The position numbers were made by a program, and so were the translations under genes. DNA of 64,000 nucleotides, taken from assembly GCA_973895155.1 (NCBI GenBank), contig OZ316896.1, positions 3,386,738 through 3,450,737 of the forward strand, given 5' to 3'. Within the stretch, counting starts at the first letter, position 1, and each line of letters opens with the position of its first letter. This DNA is from Marsupella aquatica. Its lineage: Eukaryota; Plantae; Marchantiophyta. Positions 25,347 to 35,118 of this stretch are shown in pieces. The notes under the pieces were generated by a model. That model saw nothing but the letters and a program-made list of their open reading frames with translations. It made no database searches and was not told where the DNA came from.

Positions 25347-28152
25347 AGTCTAGCCTCCAGACATGAAAATAAGATGCAGGTTGGTACAAGGTGAGGGAAT
25401 GCTCTGGTCAAATTTAACCCACAAACAGGCATTTATAGAGTGAACTTCAATCATCCTATGGCCATACATTTGGTACCAAACTCACAGAACAATAACAAAG
25501 TCTTGTACACCTACTTCAAAATGTATGTGGAAGAGGCTTACGAGAAGTATGGGCGGTATATTGTCTGTTCCTTGTCTTCATATTGTAGATCAACTTGGTG
25601 AATGGCAAAACCATCCCAGTAACACTCGCATCTGATTTCGAGAGTGGGAGATACGCCACCTTTCGTGATCAAAATCGTCAGCTGCAACATCTTCGTTCGA
25701 CTCTCCGGGTCTTCACCGACTTCCGGCTTGCGCTGATAATTTTTTCTCACTAGTTGCAGAACACAAGACATAGTGATGTCTTCCAACCCATAAATTCTGG
25801 TCAACGTCATCTCCATCTCTCCAGGTTCGTCCTTCACAATTGTAAACGGTTTGGGTGGTTTCCTCTGTGTGATGTTCTGCAAAACACTTCGACACGACAT
25901 CTATGTCAAACATTTTATCCTACGATAAGGTTTCCAGACACTCTGGAAATAGCTCTAGACATGACAGAAAGCGGGTGACAATCTGCATGAGGTACAGCGG
26001 AAGCAGATGTGCCCAATGGGAAGCACATAACCAAAAAAAACCATATTGTCTCACAAGGCTTGCTCAAAGGGAAAGAAAAAAAGGTCTAGGATTGGCAGAA
26101 TCAGGGAGGATTAATCACAACTAACCAAGATGTCAAGATCCTTCTGGCAACAATAGGCATGAACAAGCTTACGCTGCCTAAGTGCAAAGCAAGTATCACT
26201 TTGTAATATGTGCACTTTAAAATTAGGTTCTAGAAGAATGTCATCCACTGGACCTCAGTATAGTGCACACTTGGACAAACCAAGGAATAATCCCAAAAGA
26301 AACGATGTCTGGACACATAATGATCTTCAGCATCAGAAAAATCCAGCAATAGAACAATGCAGAAGAAAATTTGCCTACATCAACTTACAGATACAAGGCA
26401 GAACTTGGCAGGGAATACCGTAACTCACCAGCAATCGCTTCGTACAGTCTTTGACCTCGCAACGAAACACGTGCAGGAGACCCTCATCTCCTTTGTGCAA
26501 GCCAATATCTACACCTTTTACTGCACAAGAGGCAAAATGTGACTTCTGGACACGCGACGGATACAGAAAACAATCCCTGGTTGCTGTTGTTGCTACTGCT
26601 GTGGGTCCATTCCACGCAAGTTTTGAAGTCTTTGAGCGCTATCTCCTCAATTGTTGTGGCAGCACGACCTTGTCACCCAATGGCTGAGTTATCACTGGCG
26701 ACCACTCTTGAGAACCACTGGCTATTCCATGATTCCCCTGCCCAAAAGCCCGGCTGGAATTTCCACCACAACAACAAAGCCGAACTCCGATCCTCATAGG
26801 GAGAACAGGGAGAACAAGGAGAACAGGGAGGCAACTCACAATGGAGCTAGGTAGCTTGTGATCGAGCAGCTCGCGATTGTAGCAACAACAGATTGAGCAC
26901 ATCGCGATTGTAGCAACAACAATTTGAGCAGTAGGCGATTGAACTCTAGGCAAATGAGCTCCAGGCGATTGGGTGCGTGATTGAGCAGGCAATTGTAACA
27001 ACAGGCAGCAAGCGACTGAACTAAGCAGCATAAGGCAATGGACCTAGGTAGCTCACGAATTGAGCTGAGCAGCAATGTCACCCAACACCTTTCTCTTCTA
27101 GCAATGGAGCTCAAGAGTGAAAGCAATGTCACCCAGACCCTAAACTCTTCACAACAATGGAGCTCAACAACGCAACAATGCAAAGCAACAATGGCGGGGG
27201 GAAAAATAGAATTGAGCAGCACACATTGGGGCTGGGCAATGTGTGGTGCGTCCCATGGCTCCCTAAACCCAAGAAACCCCCCAGCTCAAGCCGATTCCCG
27301 CAGGTTTCGTGCTTGGCGAGGCCGTTTCCGCGGCTTAGCGGCATGGGACGCTGCTAACCTTCTACTACTACTATTAACATTTTACACACATATACTGGAC
27401 AGATCCTTCATCGGGTCATGAGATACGTAGCCGGCCTAATATAGGCCTTCCCCTGTCTTCCCCTCCGTCTTGTTAGATATGTTTGGATTCCGCCGCCGGA
27501 ATGATCCCCAATAGGCTTGGTTAAGCCGCTAAGACCTCTCTCAGCTCGACACATCCAACTCTCACTCCCCTGCTTACTTTCCTTCCTTCTGTTGATGTGG
27601 GCACTCTTCACACAAGTTAATGCGACACACAAATAGCAAAATGACTCATTCTGACTGAGTCATACCATGCACTTGCCATACAAACAGTACATCTCATACA
27701 CAAGTTCTGCGAACTAAGCCGTGAGGCCAACTCTATTCAGCTCTTAGGCATGAGGAAACATGAATATACACAAGGGTCACTGTATGACTAACCGAGAGCT
27801 TCTCGTACTACTTGATCCCAGCCCGGCTGGTGCAAACTAAAAACTTGCTAAAGAAGAGGCCCTGAGCTCCCCGCTGCCCAGGTACTTATCCTGGTAGTGG
27901 ATCCGCCATTCTTTGCATCGTAAGCCTAATCTACTTAACAGTAATCTACTTGCCCGAATCTACCTATGTACAGCAAGGCAGGAGCACAAGTGTTGCTCCT
28001 ACCAGTGGGACCGCAATCCCACTAAGCTAAGTGTCAGGGCCGCTCCTGGTTCTGATCCTAATCCTAAACGTGGAGATCCGCGCCCGCCCTGCCCACTCAC
28101 GCCTCCTCCCTCCACGTCCGCCCTCCCTAAAAGGAACGGCGCCCTTGCACCG

Positions 28153-28719
28153 TCACGACACCGGTGGTGGATCCTTAATGGATGCCCCCAACGCTTCCTC
28201 CTCAGCCACTGCCGTAGGTTCATTCTCTGACAGATTACCTGCCCTTGACTGAGTCAACTCTCCATCGGCCTGACTGGGTCCACCTTCGGCTTCAGCCTCG
28301 ACACCGGCCTCGGCAATACCCACGGCTTTGGCCTCAGCCACTCCCTCGGCTTCGGCCTCCCCTTCCCCTAGGGTAGTTGGATCCCTAGCCGTGACCCTGT
28401 CTGGGGTCGGTGCTGGGTCTACCTCCTTGATCACCACGGCCTGTGAAGTCGTATTACTCCTTGACCCTGAAGGTTTCCGCTTCTTCTTCGTTGGTGGCTC
28501 GGCAGCTGGTCCCTTCCCCTTCCCACTTACTTCCGGCACTGGTGCAGGTGGCGCGGCTTGTCCTTCGGCAATTACCACCCCTGGTAACTGGTTTGTCCCA
28601 ACGGGAGATGGACCTGCTGCAGCTAAGCATTTAAATACTGCGGCTTGTTTCTTCAGCCGCTCTATTTGGTTGTCGGCCCGCCGCTGTAGGTTCTCCATCT
28701 TCCTCGTGATTTCCTCCAA
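28153..28719 (-). CDS. C-terminal continuation of the LTR-encoded ORF in another frame (coiled coil, PPTKKKRK NLS-like motif, acidic EA repeats)
   Basis: Overlaps the end of the 1029-aa ORF; a -1 shift at GATGAACCCAAGAG joins LDE to QEELEEITRKMENL and continues the heptad pattern. No initiating ATG. Confidence 0.6.
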   Translation of the reverse strand: MEEITRKMENLQRRADNQIERLKKQAAVFKCLAAAGPSPVGTNQLPGVVIAEGQAAPPAPVPEVSGKGKGPAAEPPTKKKRKPSGSRSNTTSQAVVIKEVDPAPTPDRVTARDPTTLGEGEAEAEGVAEAKAVGIAEAGVEAEAEGGPSQADGELTQSRAGNLSENEPTAVAEEEALGASIKDPPPVS

Positions 28720-31700
28720 CTCCTCTTGGGTTCATCCAGGTCCTTACGTGCCCCCTCCAGCTCGTTTTTGGCCTCCTCCTGCTCCCTGTGGGCTTCCTCC
28801 AATTCCTTCTTCAAGGTAGCCCTCTCCTCCTGGGTTGCTCTTAGCTCCTTGTCGAGCTCTGCAATGATGACAGACTCCATCTGGTTCATCTTGGCGTAAG
28901 TCTGTTCGAGCATCTCGTCCTTCTCCCTTAGGTCGGCCTTGAAGCTGGCCGTCAGGGACGCAAGCTCCTGCTGCAGCGCCATAATCCCTTGATAGGATTT
29001 CCCTAACTCGACCTCCTTCTGCTCAAGGGCTCCGCGGATTTTCTTGAGCTCCCCTTTCAACGCCCATTCCTTTCTTTGGGTCTCCGCCATGGCCCGGCTG
29101 TTGGCTGTTATGTGGGCCTCCTCTGTATTCTTCAGCTCTCGCTTCCACTTCTCCCTCTCTTTGATCGTGTCGGCCAACTCTCCCTGCGTCTGAGTCAGTT
29201 TATCCTTGATATTCTGATTATCAGCCTGCGCGGTGTCCAACTGCCCCTGCATGATGTTCAGCTCATGCCGTTTAATCCGTAGTTCATCTTGGGCTTTCTT
29301 GGCCGCCCTTAGATCTTCAATCTCGGCTTCCATCCTCCTAAGCCGCCGAATGACCTCGTCCTTCTTGCTTCTCTCTAAAGCCACCGCTTCTTCTAATTGG
29401 TGCTTCTCCAACTGCTCCCTATGGAAAAAGGGTCCTACCTCCAACTCCTCTCCAAAGATGCCGAGCACAAGTTCCCCACACATCTCACCATACTCCATGG
29501 CTCTATTCTTAGCGTAGGTGGAGTAAGTAGAAGTGATCGGCATCGCCCATCGTGGCCTCTGCTCCCAAGCCGTCCTGCGGATCTCTTCAATCGTGGCTAG
29601 AGGTTTGCTTCCTTTTTTGGCTAGCCGCCTGATGTCCTCCGGCCAATCTCCTCCTGGTAAATCCTTTTCCTTAGCCAGGGCGGCCTCCTCCTCCTGCTTG
29701 ATTCGCTCCTGAAATTCCTGCACCGTCTGTTTTATGCCGTCGAAGCTCGGGGGAGCAACATCTGGTGGGGGAGACTCAGGGCTACTCTGCTGGTTGGGGT
29801 CCCCTCGCACTACCCTTGGAAGTGTGGGGACAAACCGGCCACAGGTCCTTACTCCTGGAACGTGATGGTCCGACCCATAGCCGGAATTATCATGGCTGCA
29901 GTCCTCCACTGCCTCCTCTACCTCTTGGACGTCCGGCTTCTCCCTCTCCTCTTCGTCGGTAGGAGCTTCAGGCAATTCTGCCTCAGATTCGGAGCTTGAG
30001 GTTCCCACGTACATTCGAACACCTGGCTTGGATTCCGGCCTGATTCTCGCCTTGTCTCCAGCAAAGGGGTTTTCTCTTGTGAGCCGGTGTAGGCCTACCT
30101 CTGTAGTAGTGTCCTGCATTGTTGCCGTTGCCGTTGTTGTTGCCGATGCCGATTTCTTTTCTTTCTCCAGTAGTTTCAGCAGACTCTGCATGCCTGGTTG
30201 CTGCATCGGCAAGTCTTCCTTCCTGGGCCTAAACACCTGCTCGATCGTAGGACTAACAGGTGGTTGAGGCTTCTCAGCCAACGGCCTCGGCGTTGGAGCT
30301 TCCTCGGGTGCCCTTACCTGCAGGGGAAGTACCGGGGCAAAAGTCTGACCTCTGGCATACCGGCACAACAGCGGCATGTGATAGCCAAGCCGCGACACGC
30401 TCCCCATGCTGATTACCTGCTGCTCCTCCTTTAAGATCTTCTTTAATTGGTTGAGGAGGTACCCGTTGTAGTCCCGGCTTGGGTCTAGCCTTTCTGCCAG
30501 ATAGACTTGTGCCTTGCCGATCTCTGCCCTCGGCAAGTTACAATGCATGGTCACCCGCAAGAAGTCGATCATCTCTCCTATGTGCGGGTTGGTGCAGGTG
30601 TTCCGGAAGAAGCCATTCTTCGTTGATGGCCCGGGGAATGACCGGAACTCCTTGTCAGGCAAGGTCTTCCTGGTATCAACTTTGGTCTTATTGCCTATCG
30701 GCAAGCCAAACACCTCGGCAATTACCTTGGGAGTAAGATAGAAATCCTTCCCATATATCCTCGTGCAATTGGTCTCGGGTTCCCATGACCCCACGAATTC
30801 TAATAGGTCTGACTCCGGTACCTCCGGCTTCAGCCATGGTAATCTTACAAAGGCCTCCAAGCCGGATCCGGCCATGAAGCCTTGGTACTTCTTGGTCTGC
30901 ATGGCCGTAAAGCATGCATCCTCCTCCCGTGCAAAATGTAGTTGCACCTCCACCGGTAGGGTTGCCGCCCAGCCCTTCCAGGTGTCATCCCTGGTTGGAA
31001 TGGCCTTGATGGGATCGACCTCCTCCTCTTCGGCTTCTCCCTGCCTCCTGCTCTGCTGCTCGGCTGGCCTCTTTGGTGCCGCCGACCTCGTTCTTTTTGC
31101 CGGGGTGGCTTCATCGTTGACGGCCCCCTTCCTCTTCATCTCTGCTGCCGTGGAGGTTTCTCCTAGCACCGTTGCCTGGGTCCACCTTTCCGTGCTACCC
31201 TTTAATTCCCAGTGTATGTCGTTGCAGTTCTTGATGGCCTCTCGGATGCCGACGACGCTGTCTTTGCAAAACAGAAGATCGTCGAGTTGATTGGAAGTAG
31301 GCGTCCACAGGAACTCGTCCTTGATGAGTTCGCCTCCTAAGAAAGCCGTCTTCTGCAGCTCCCACAATCGAGCGAGCTCCTGCCGTTCTCGAGCTGCCCT
31401 TTCTGACTCCTCGTCCTCGTAAGTCTTGATGTACTCAGTTGCCCGTTCGAACAGGCATCCCCAGAAATGTGCCACTTGATTGACGTTGCTCATACCCTCC
31501 TTAGGTCGATCGTCGGTATCTATTCTCTCCCCGAGTGCTTGCCTAAGCAACTGACAGTAGTTGGCCTCCCGTAGTCGTCTGCCTAGTTCGTGCTCGCAAA
31601 TGAGCCACCATCTCCTGCAAGCGCTCCTTACCCATCTCCTCTGCCGGTCCTTCTTCCCGTTGATCCTTCCTAGCCGCCGACGCTTAACGCGCCCTAACCC

Positions 31701-31751
31701 TAATCGGGTTTTCACCCTCAGCCTTACCTCCGGCCTCTGCCCGGGTTCCAT
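28662..31751 (-). CDS. LTR-encoded 1029-aa protein: basic N-terminus, plant-mobile/transposon-protein-like domain, long coiled coil
   Basis: Uninterrupted ORF wholly inside the LTR; ATG in gcaaccATGG context; GLEAFV...LLEFVGSW...IYGKDFYLTPKVIAEVFGLP resembles accessory ORFs of plant non-chromoviruses; long E/K/R/L-rich heptad region. Confidence 0.85.
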   Translation of the reverse strand: MEPGQRPEVRLRVKTRLGLGRVKRRRLGRINGKKDRQRRWVRSACRRWWLICEHELGRRLREANYCQLLRQALGERIDTDDRPKEGMSNVNQVAHFWGCLFERATEYIKTYEDEESERAARERQELARLWELQKTAFLGGELIKDEFLWTPTSNQLDDLLFCKDSVVGIREAIKNCNDIHWELKGSTERWTQATVLGETSTAAEMKRKGAVNDEATPAKRTRSAAPKRPAEQQSRRQGEAEEEEVDPIKAIPTRDDTWKGWAATLPVEVQLHFAREEDACFTAMQTKKYQGFMAGSGLEAFVRLPWLKPEVPESDLLEFVGSWEPETNCTRIYGKDFYLTPKVIAEVFGLPIGNKTKVDTRKTLPDKEFRSFPGPSTKNGFFRNTCTNPHIGEMIDFLRVTMHCNLPRAEIGKAQVYLAERLDPSRDYNGYLLNQLKKILKEEQQVISMGSVSRLGYHMPLLCRYARGQTFAPVLPLQVRAPEEAPTPRPLAEKPQPPVSPTIEQVFRPRKEDLPMQQPGMQSLLKLLEKEKKSASATTTATATMQDTTTEVGLHRLTRENPFAGDKARIRPESKPGVRMYVGTSSSESEAELPEAPTDEEEREKPDVQEVEEAVEDCSHDNSGYGSDHHVPGVRTCGRFVPTLPRVVRGDPNQQSSPESPPPDVAPPSFDGIKQTVQEFQERIKQEEEAALAKEKDLPGGDWPEDIRRLAKKGSKPLATIEEIRRTAWEQRPRWAMPITSTYSTYAKNRAMEYGEMCGELVLGIFGEELEVGPFFHREQLEKHQLEEAVALERSKKDEVIRRLRRMEAEIEDLRAAKKAQDELRIKRHELNIMQGQLDTAQADNQNIKDKLTQTQGELADTIKEREKWKRELKNTEEAHITANSRAMAETQRKEWALKGELKKIRGALEQKEVELGKSYQGIMALQQELASLTASFKADLREKDEMLEQTYAKMNQMESVIIAELDKELRATQEERATLKKELEEAHREQEEAKNELEGARKDLDEPKRSWRKSRGRWRTYSGGPTTK

Positions 31752-31854
31752 GGTTGCCCCTAATTGTTTATATTTTCCTTGTTTTGTCCCTATACTAAGG
31801 TGTTCCTAGGGTGCCTTCCTGCTTTACCCACTTAACCGGCCGAGTGATTCCTGT

Positions 31855-34800
31855 CTAGGCATCACATAGCTCCCCACTTAATTGTGAAGCGTCCTCGCGA
31901 ACAACTGCATCTTCGTCCATATAGTATTTCTTGAGGCGGTCATAATGGATGCGAACTGGATATACCTCTCCCGTAATGTTGGCCAATTGTACGGAGCCAT
32001 TGGGGAACATCATGGTTACTCTAAAGGGTCCTAACCAGCGAGTGTAAAGCTTTCCTGGAAACCTACTATACCTACTGTCATAAAGTAGCACAAGATCACC
32101 GGTATGAATACTAACTACTTTTAACCTTTTATCATACTGCTGCTTCATGATATTCTGTCTATATTCTACTCTCTCGGCTGAAATCATTCTCGCTTCCTCT
32201 AAAGCTTCTAACCTATATTCTCGCTCCTTTAGGCTCTCCTCCGCTGAGGCTCTTTCCTCAATTGTAACTTGAAATGTCGGTATCTCAAGTTGCATGGGTA
32301 CCAGGGCTTCTTGTCCAAAGGTTAAGAAGAAGGGTGTATGACCGGTAGTGGATTTATAGGCAAGATTGTAAGCAAAAACAGCAGCAAACAATTTATCATC
32401 CCAATCGAGTTTGTTCTGAGCTACTGTCTTGTTCAATATCTTTCCTATGATTCCGTTTGCTCGTTCTGTCAACCCGTTTGCCTTTGGATGGTAGGGAGTA
32501 GTAGGCCTATGTTTAACTAAATACTGCTCATTTAAACGACTAATTATATCATTCAAAAAATGGGTTCCTCTATCACTAACTAATTCTAGGGGTGCTCCAT
32601 ACCTGGTGAAGATCTGCTCATACATGAATCTAGCCGTAGTAATTGCATCATCCTTCGTTGTTGGTCTGGCCTCTACCCATTTAGTTGCATAATCCGTAGC
32701 CAGGATTATGTACTTGTTCCGTCGAGGGTGGGTCAGTGGTTTCAGAGGTCCAATGTAATCAATACCCCACTTCTCGAATGGTGCCAGAGGTAGAATAGGG
32801 TGCAGTGGATGCCTGGTGGACGCCCTTGGTCCTCCCGCTCGTTGACAAGGATCGCATTGTTTGATAAACTGATAGACATCTTTGTGCAAGGTGGGCCACC
32901 AGTAACCGGCATTTAATATCTTCTTAGACGTGGTTACTGGGGCAAAATGTCCTCCGGCCTCCTCTCCATGCATGGCCCGTAGGACTCGTTTTACCTCTCT
33001 CTTTTCCAAATATCTTTGAATCGTGCCGTTGATTCCATGCTTGTGCAGTATGCCTTTAATGCACTGATACTGTCTGACCTTCCGCACAAAGACTGCGGCT
33101 TGCTCTCGGCTTAACCCTGGCTGTAATCTGGAAGTGCTGAGAAATTGTAAAATCTCAGGGTACCATGTACCAGCTATTTCCACAACGAATAGCTCCTCGT
33201 CGGGGAATCGATCATCGATGCAATCCGTGGCAGGTTTACCTGTGATCCTTGAAAAGAAGTCGGCATTGGCATGTAACTTTCCCGGCTTGATCCTCAGCTC
33301 ATAGTCAAACTCCTGTAATAGCAAAATCCATCTTGCTACTCTGCCTGTAAGGTCCGGCTTATTGACTAGGTACTTCAAACTTTCATGATCAGTATGAAAG
33401 ATTACCTTGTACCCTAGTAAATAATGCCTAAACTTTTTACAAGAATAAATGACTCCTAATGCTTCTCTTTCCGTGGTAGAGTAGTTCCGTTCGGCATCGG
33501 CAAGCTGACGGCTTGCGAAGTATATGGGATGGTCCCTTCCTTTCTCATCCAACTGACTTAGTACTGAGCCAATACAGAAGCCCGAGACATCTACAAAAAC
33601 ATGAAAATCTTTGTTCCAGTCCGGTGCTATCATGACTGGGGCCTCTACTAACATCTGCTTCAATTCTACCACCGCTGTGACTCGTTCGGGTGTGGGTTCG
33701 AAGTCTGCTCCTGCCTTGAGCATATTGGTTAATGGTAAAGCCAGCTTGGCAAAATCCTTGATGAACCGGCGATAGTAACCAATGCATCCCAAGAAGGATC
33801 TTACATCCTTTATGTTCTTAGGTTGCATGATATCTAGCCATACTGCTAGCTTACCTTTGTCAATCTCAATGCCCTTCCTTGATACCTTGTGACCTAGTAG
33901 CACCCCCTCGGTTACTGCAAAAAAACATTTATCTGGGTGTAACTTGAGACCCACCTCTCTACATCTCATGAAGGTTTTCCTGAGGTATTTAGCATGTTTC
34001 GATGCCTTCCCGAATACTGCAAAGTCATCAATGAAGATTTCCATGAACTTTCTCAAGTAATCATGAAAAATGTTCACCATTAATCGTTGGAACATAGCTG
34101 GTGCATTGCAGAGTCCAAATGGCATACGATTGAAGACATAGATCCCCCATTCCGTGATGAAGGCCGTCTTGATTTGGTCTTCCTACCGAATCCTGATTTG
34201 GTTATAACCAGAGTATCCATCCATGAATGAATATAGTTCATGACTGGCTACCATGTCTAGTACCATATCAGTAAACGGTAAAGGAAAATGGTCTTTTAAT
34301 GTTGCTTCATTCAGCTTCCTGTAATCCTGACAAACCCGGATCTTGGGTTTACCATCGGGTCCAGCTTTCTTGGGAACTATCACAATTGGAGACACCCAGT
34401 CTGAATGCAGGACTGGAGTGATGAATCCAGCTTCCACTAGTTTGTCGATTTCTGTTTTGACCAGCAGGGAATACTTCGGGTTCATCCTTCGAATTGGTTG
34501 TCGAAATGATTTGGCTCCTAACATGAGATCAATTCGATGTTCCCCTAGTGTTGGATCTACTCCCTTTAGATCTTGGTGACTCCATGCAAACACATCCTGA
34601 AATTCAATCAATAAGTCACTGATCTCTTTCTCGAGCTCAGGTGCTAGGTTTCTCCCTAAGTTCAGTTCTCTTCCCTCTCCTAAGTCGAGCTTCCAATATT
34701 GCCGTGCTTGGATCATATTTAATCTGCTTCTTCAAATTCGGGTCCAGTTCGGCTTCCAGTCTCTCTAATCTCATACCTCCATAAACTGGGATCTCGGCTG

Positions 34801-35118
34801 GACTAGCCGAGTCGGTCCCTTCCTTGGTGTCCATAGATTGTCCCCTTACCGGTCTATTCGGTTTTGAATTAGTGGTCGGCTCCCCTTCCTGCCTTGGCTC
34901 TGGATCGTGTCTGTCCATCTCATCCACTTCTTGCTCCTGAGAGTTAGGCCGCTGTGCTCTCTCGGCTTCTAATAGGGCCTCAATTTGTTCTGCCCTCGTA
35001 ATCGGCTTGTATGCCGATCCCTTGGTATTTAATTCCTTGCCGATGATCGATGGCGTTGTGGACCCCGTCGGCTCTGCCACAACGCCTGCAGAAAATCCAC
35101 TGTCCCTGCTACTGCTCC
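31855..35118 (-). pseudogene. Gypsy pol (RT, RNase H, integrase), disrupted
   Basis: DVFAWS, WVSPIVIVPKK, CQDYRKLN, MDGYSGYNQI, MPFGLCNAPA, FIDDF, DVSGFCIG, HHCC zinc finger, WGIDYIGP, SDRGTHF. In-frame TAG at 34183-34185; single-base frameshifts near 34690 and 35120. Confidence 0.93.
31867..31880 (-). promoter_or_regulatory. Polypurine tract
   Basis: AAGTGGGGAGCTA directly precedes the TG of the 3' LTR on the minus strand. Confidence 0.7.

Larger units (their letters stand above)
23995..26797 (-). pseudogene. MAM33/mitochondrial glycoprotein family gene; 3 exons (26797-26429, 25876-25542, 24184-23995) with an in-frame TAG at 26639-26641
   Basis: Exons give DEGLLHVFRCEV / KPPKPFTIVKDEPGEMEMTLTR...ITKGG..TLEIRC...YRPYFS / DELVNNFQIFLYDRGLNADLAGYI, following the MAM33 pattern. 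GT-AG junctions join in phase (CTG|gtgagt, cag|AAC, TC|gtaag, cag|G). Confidence 0.75.
27242..31866 (-). repeat. 3' LTR (4625 bp)
   Basis: Differs from the 5' LTR by a 10-bp indel (ccctgtcttc) and roughly 25-30 substitutions counted by eye. Confidence 0.95.

Noticed and set aside
28662-31751. LTR ORF as a retroviral-type envelope gene
   Set aside because: No visible signal peptide or transmembrane helix; highly charged coiled coil and NLS-like motifs instead.
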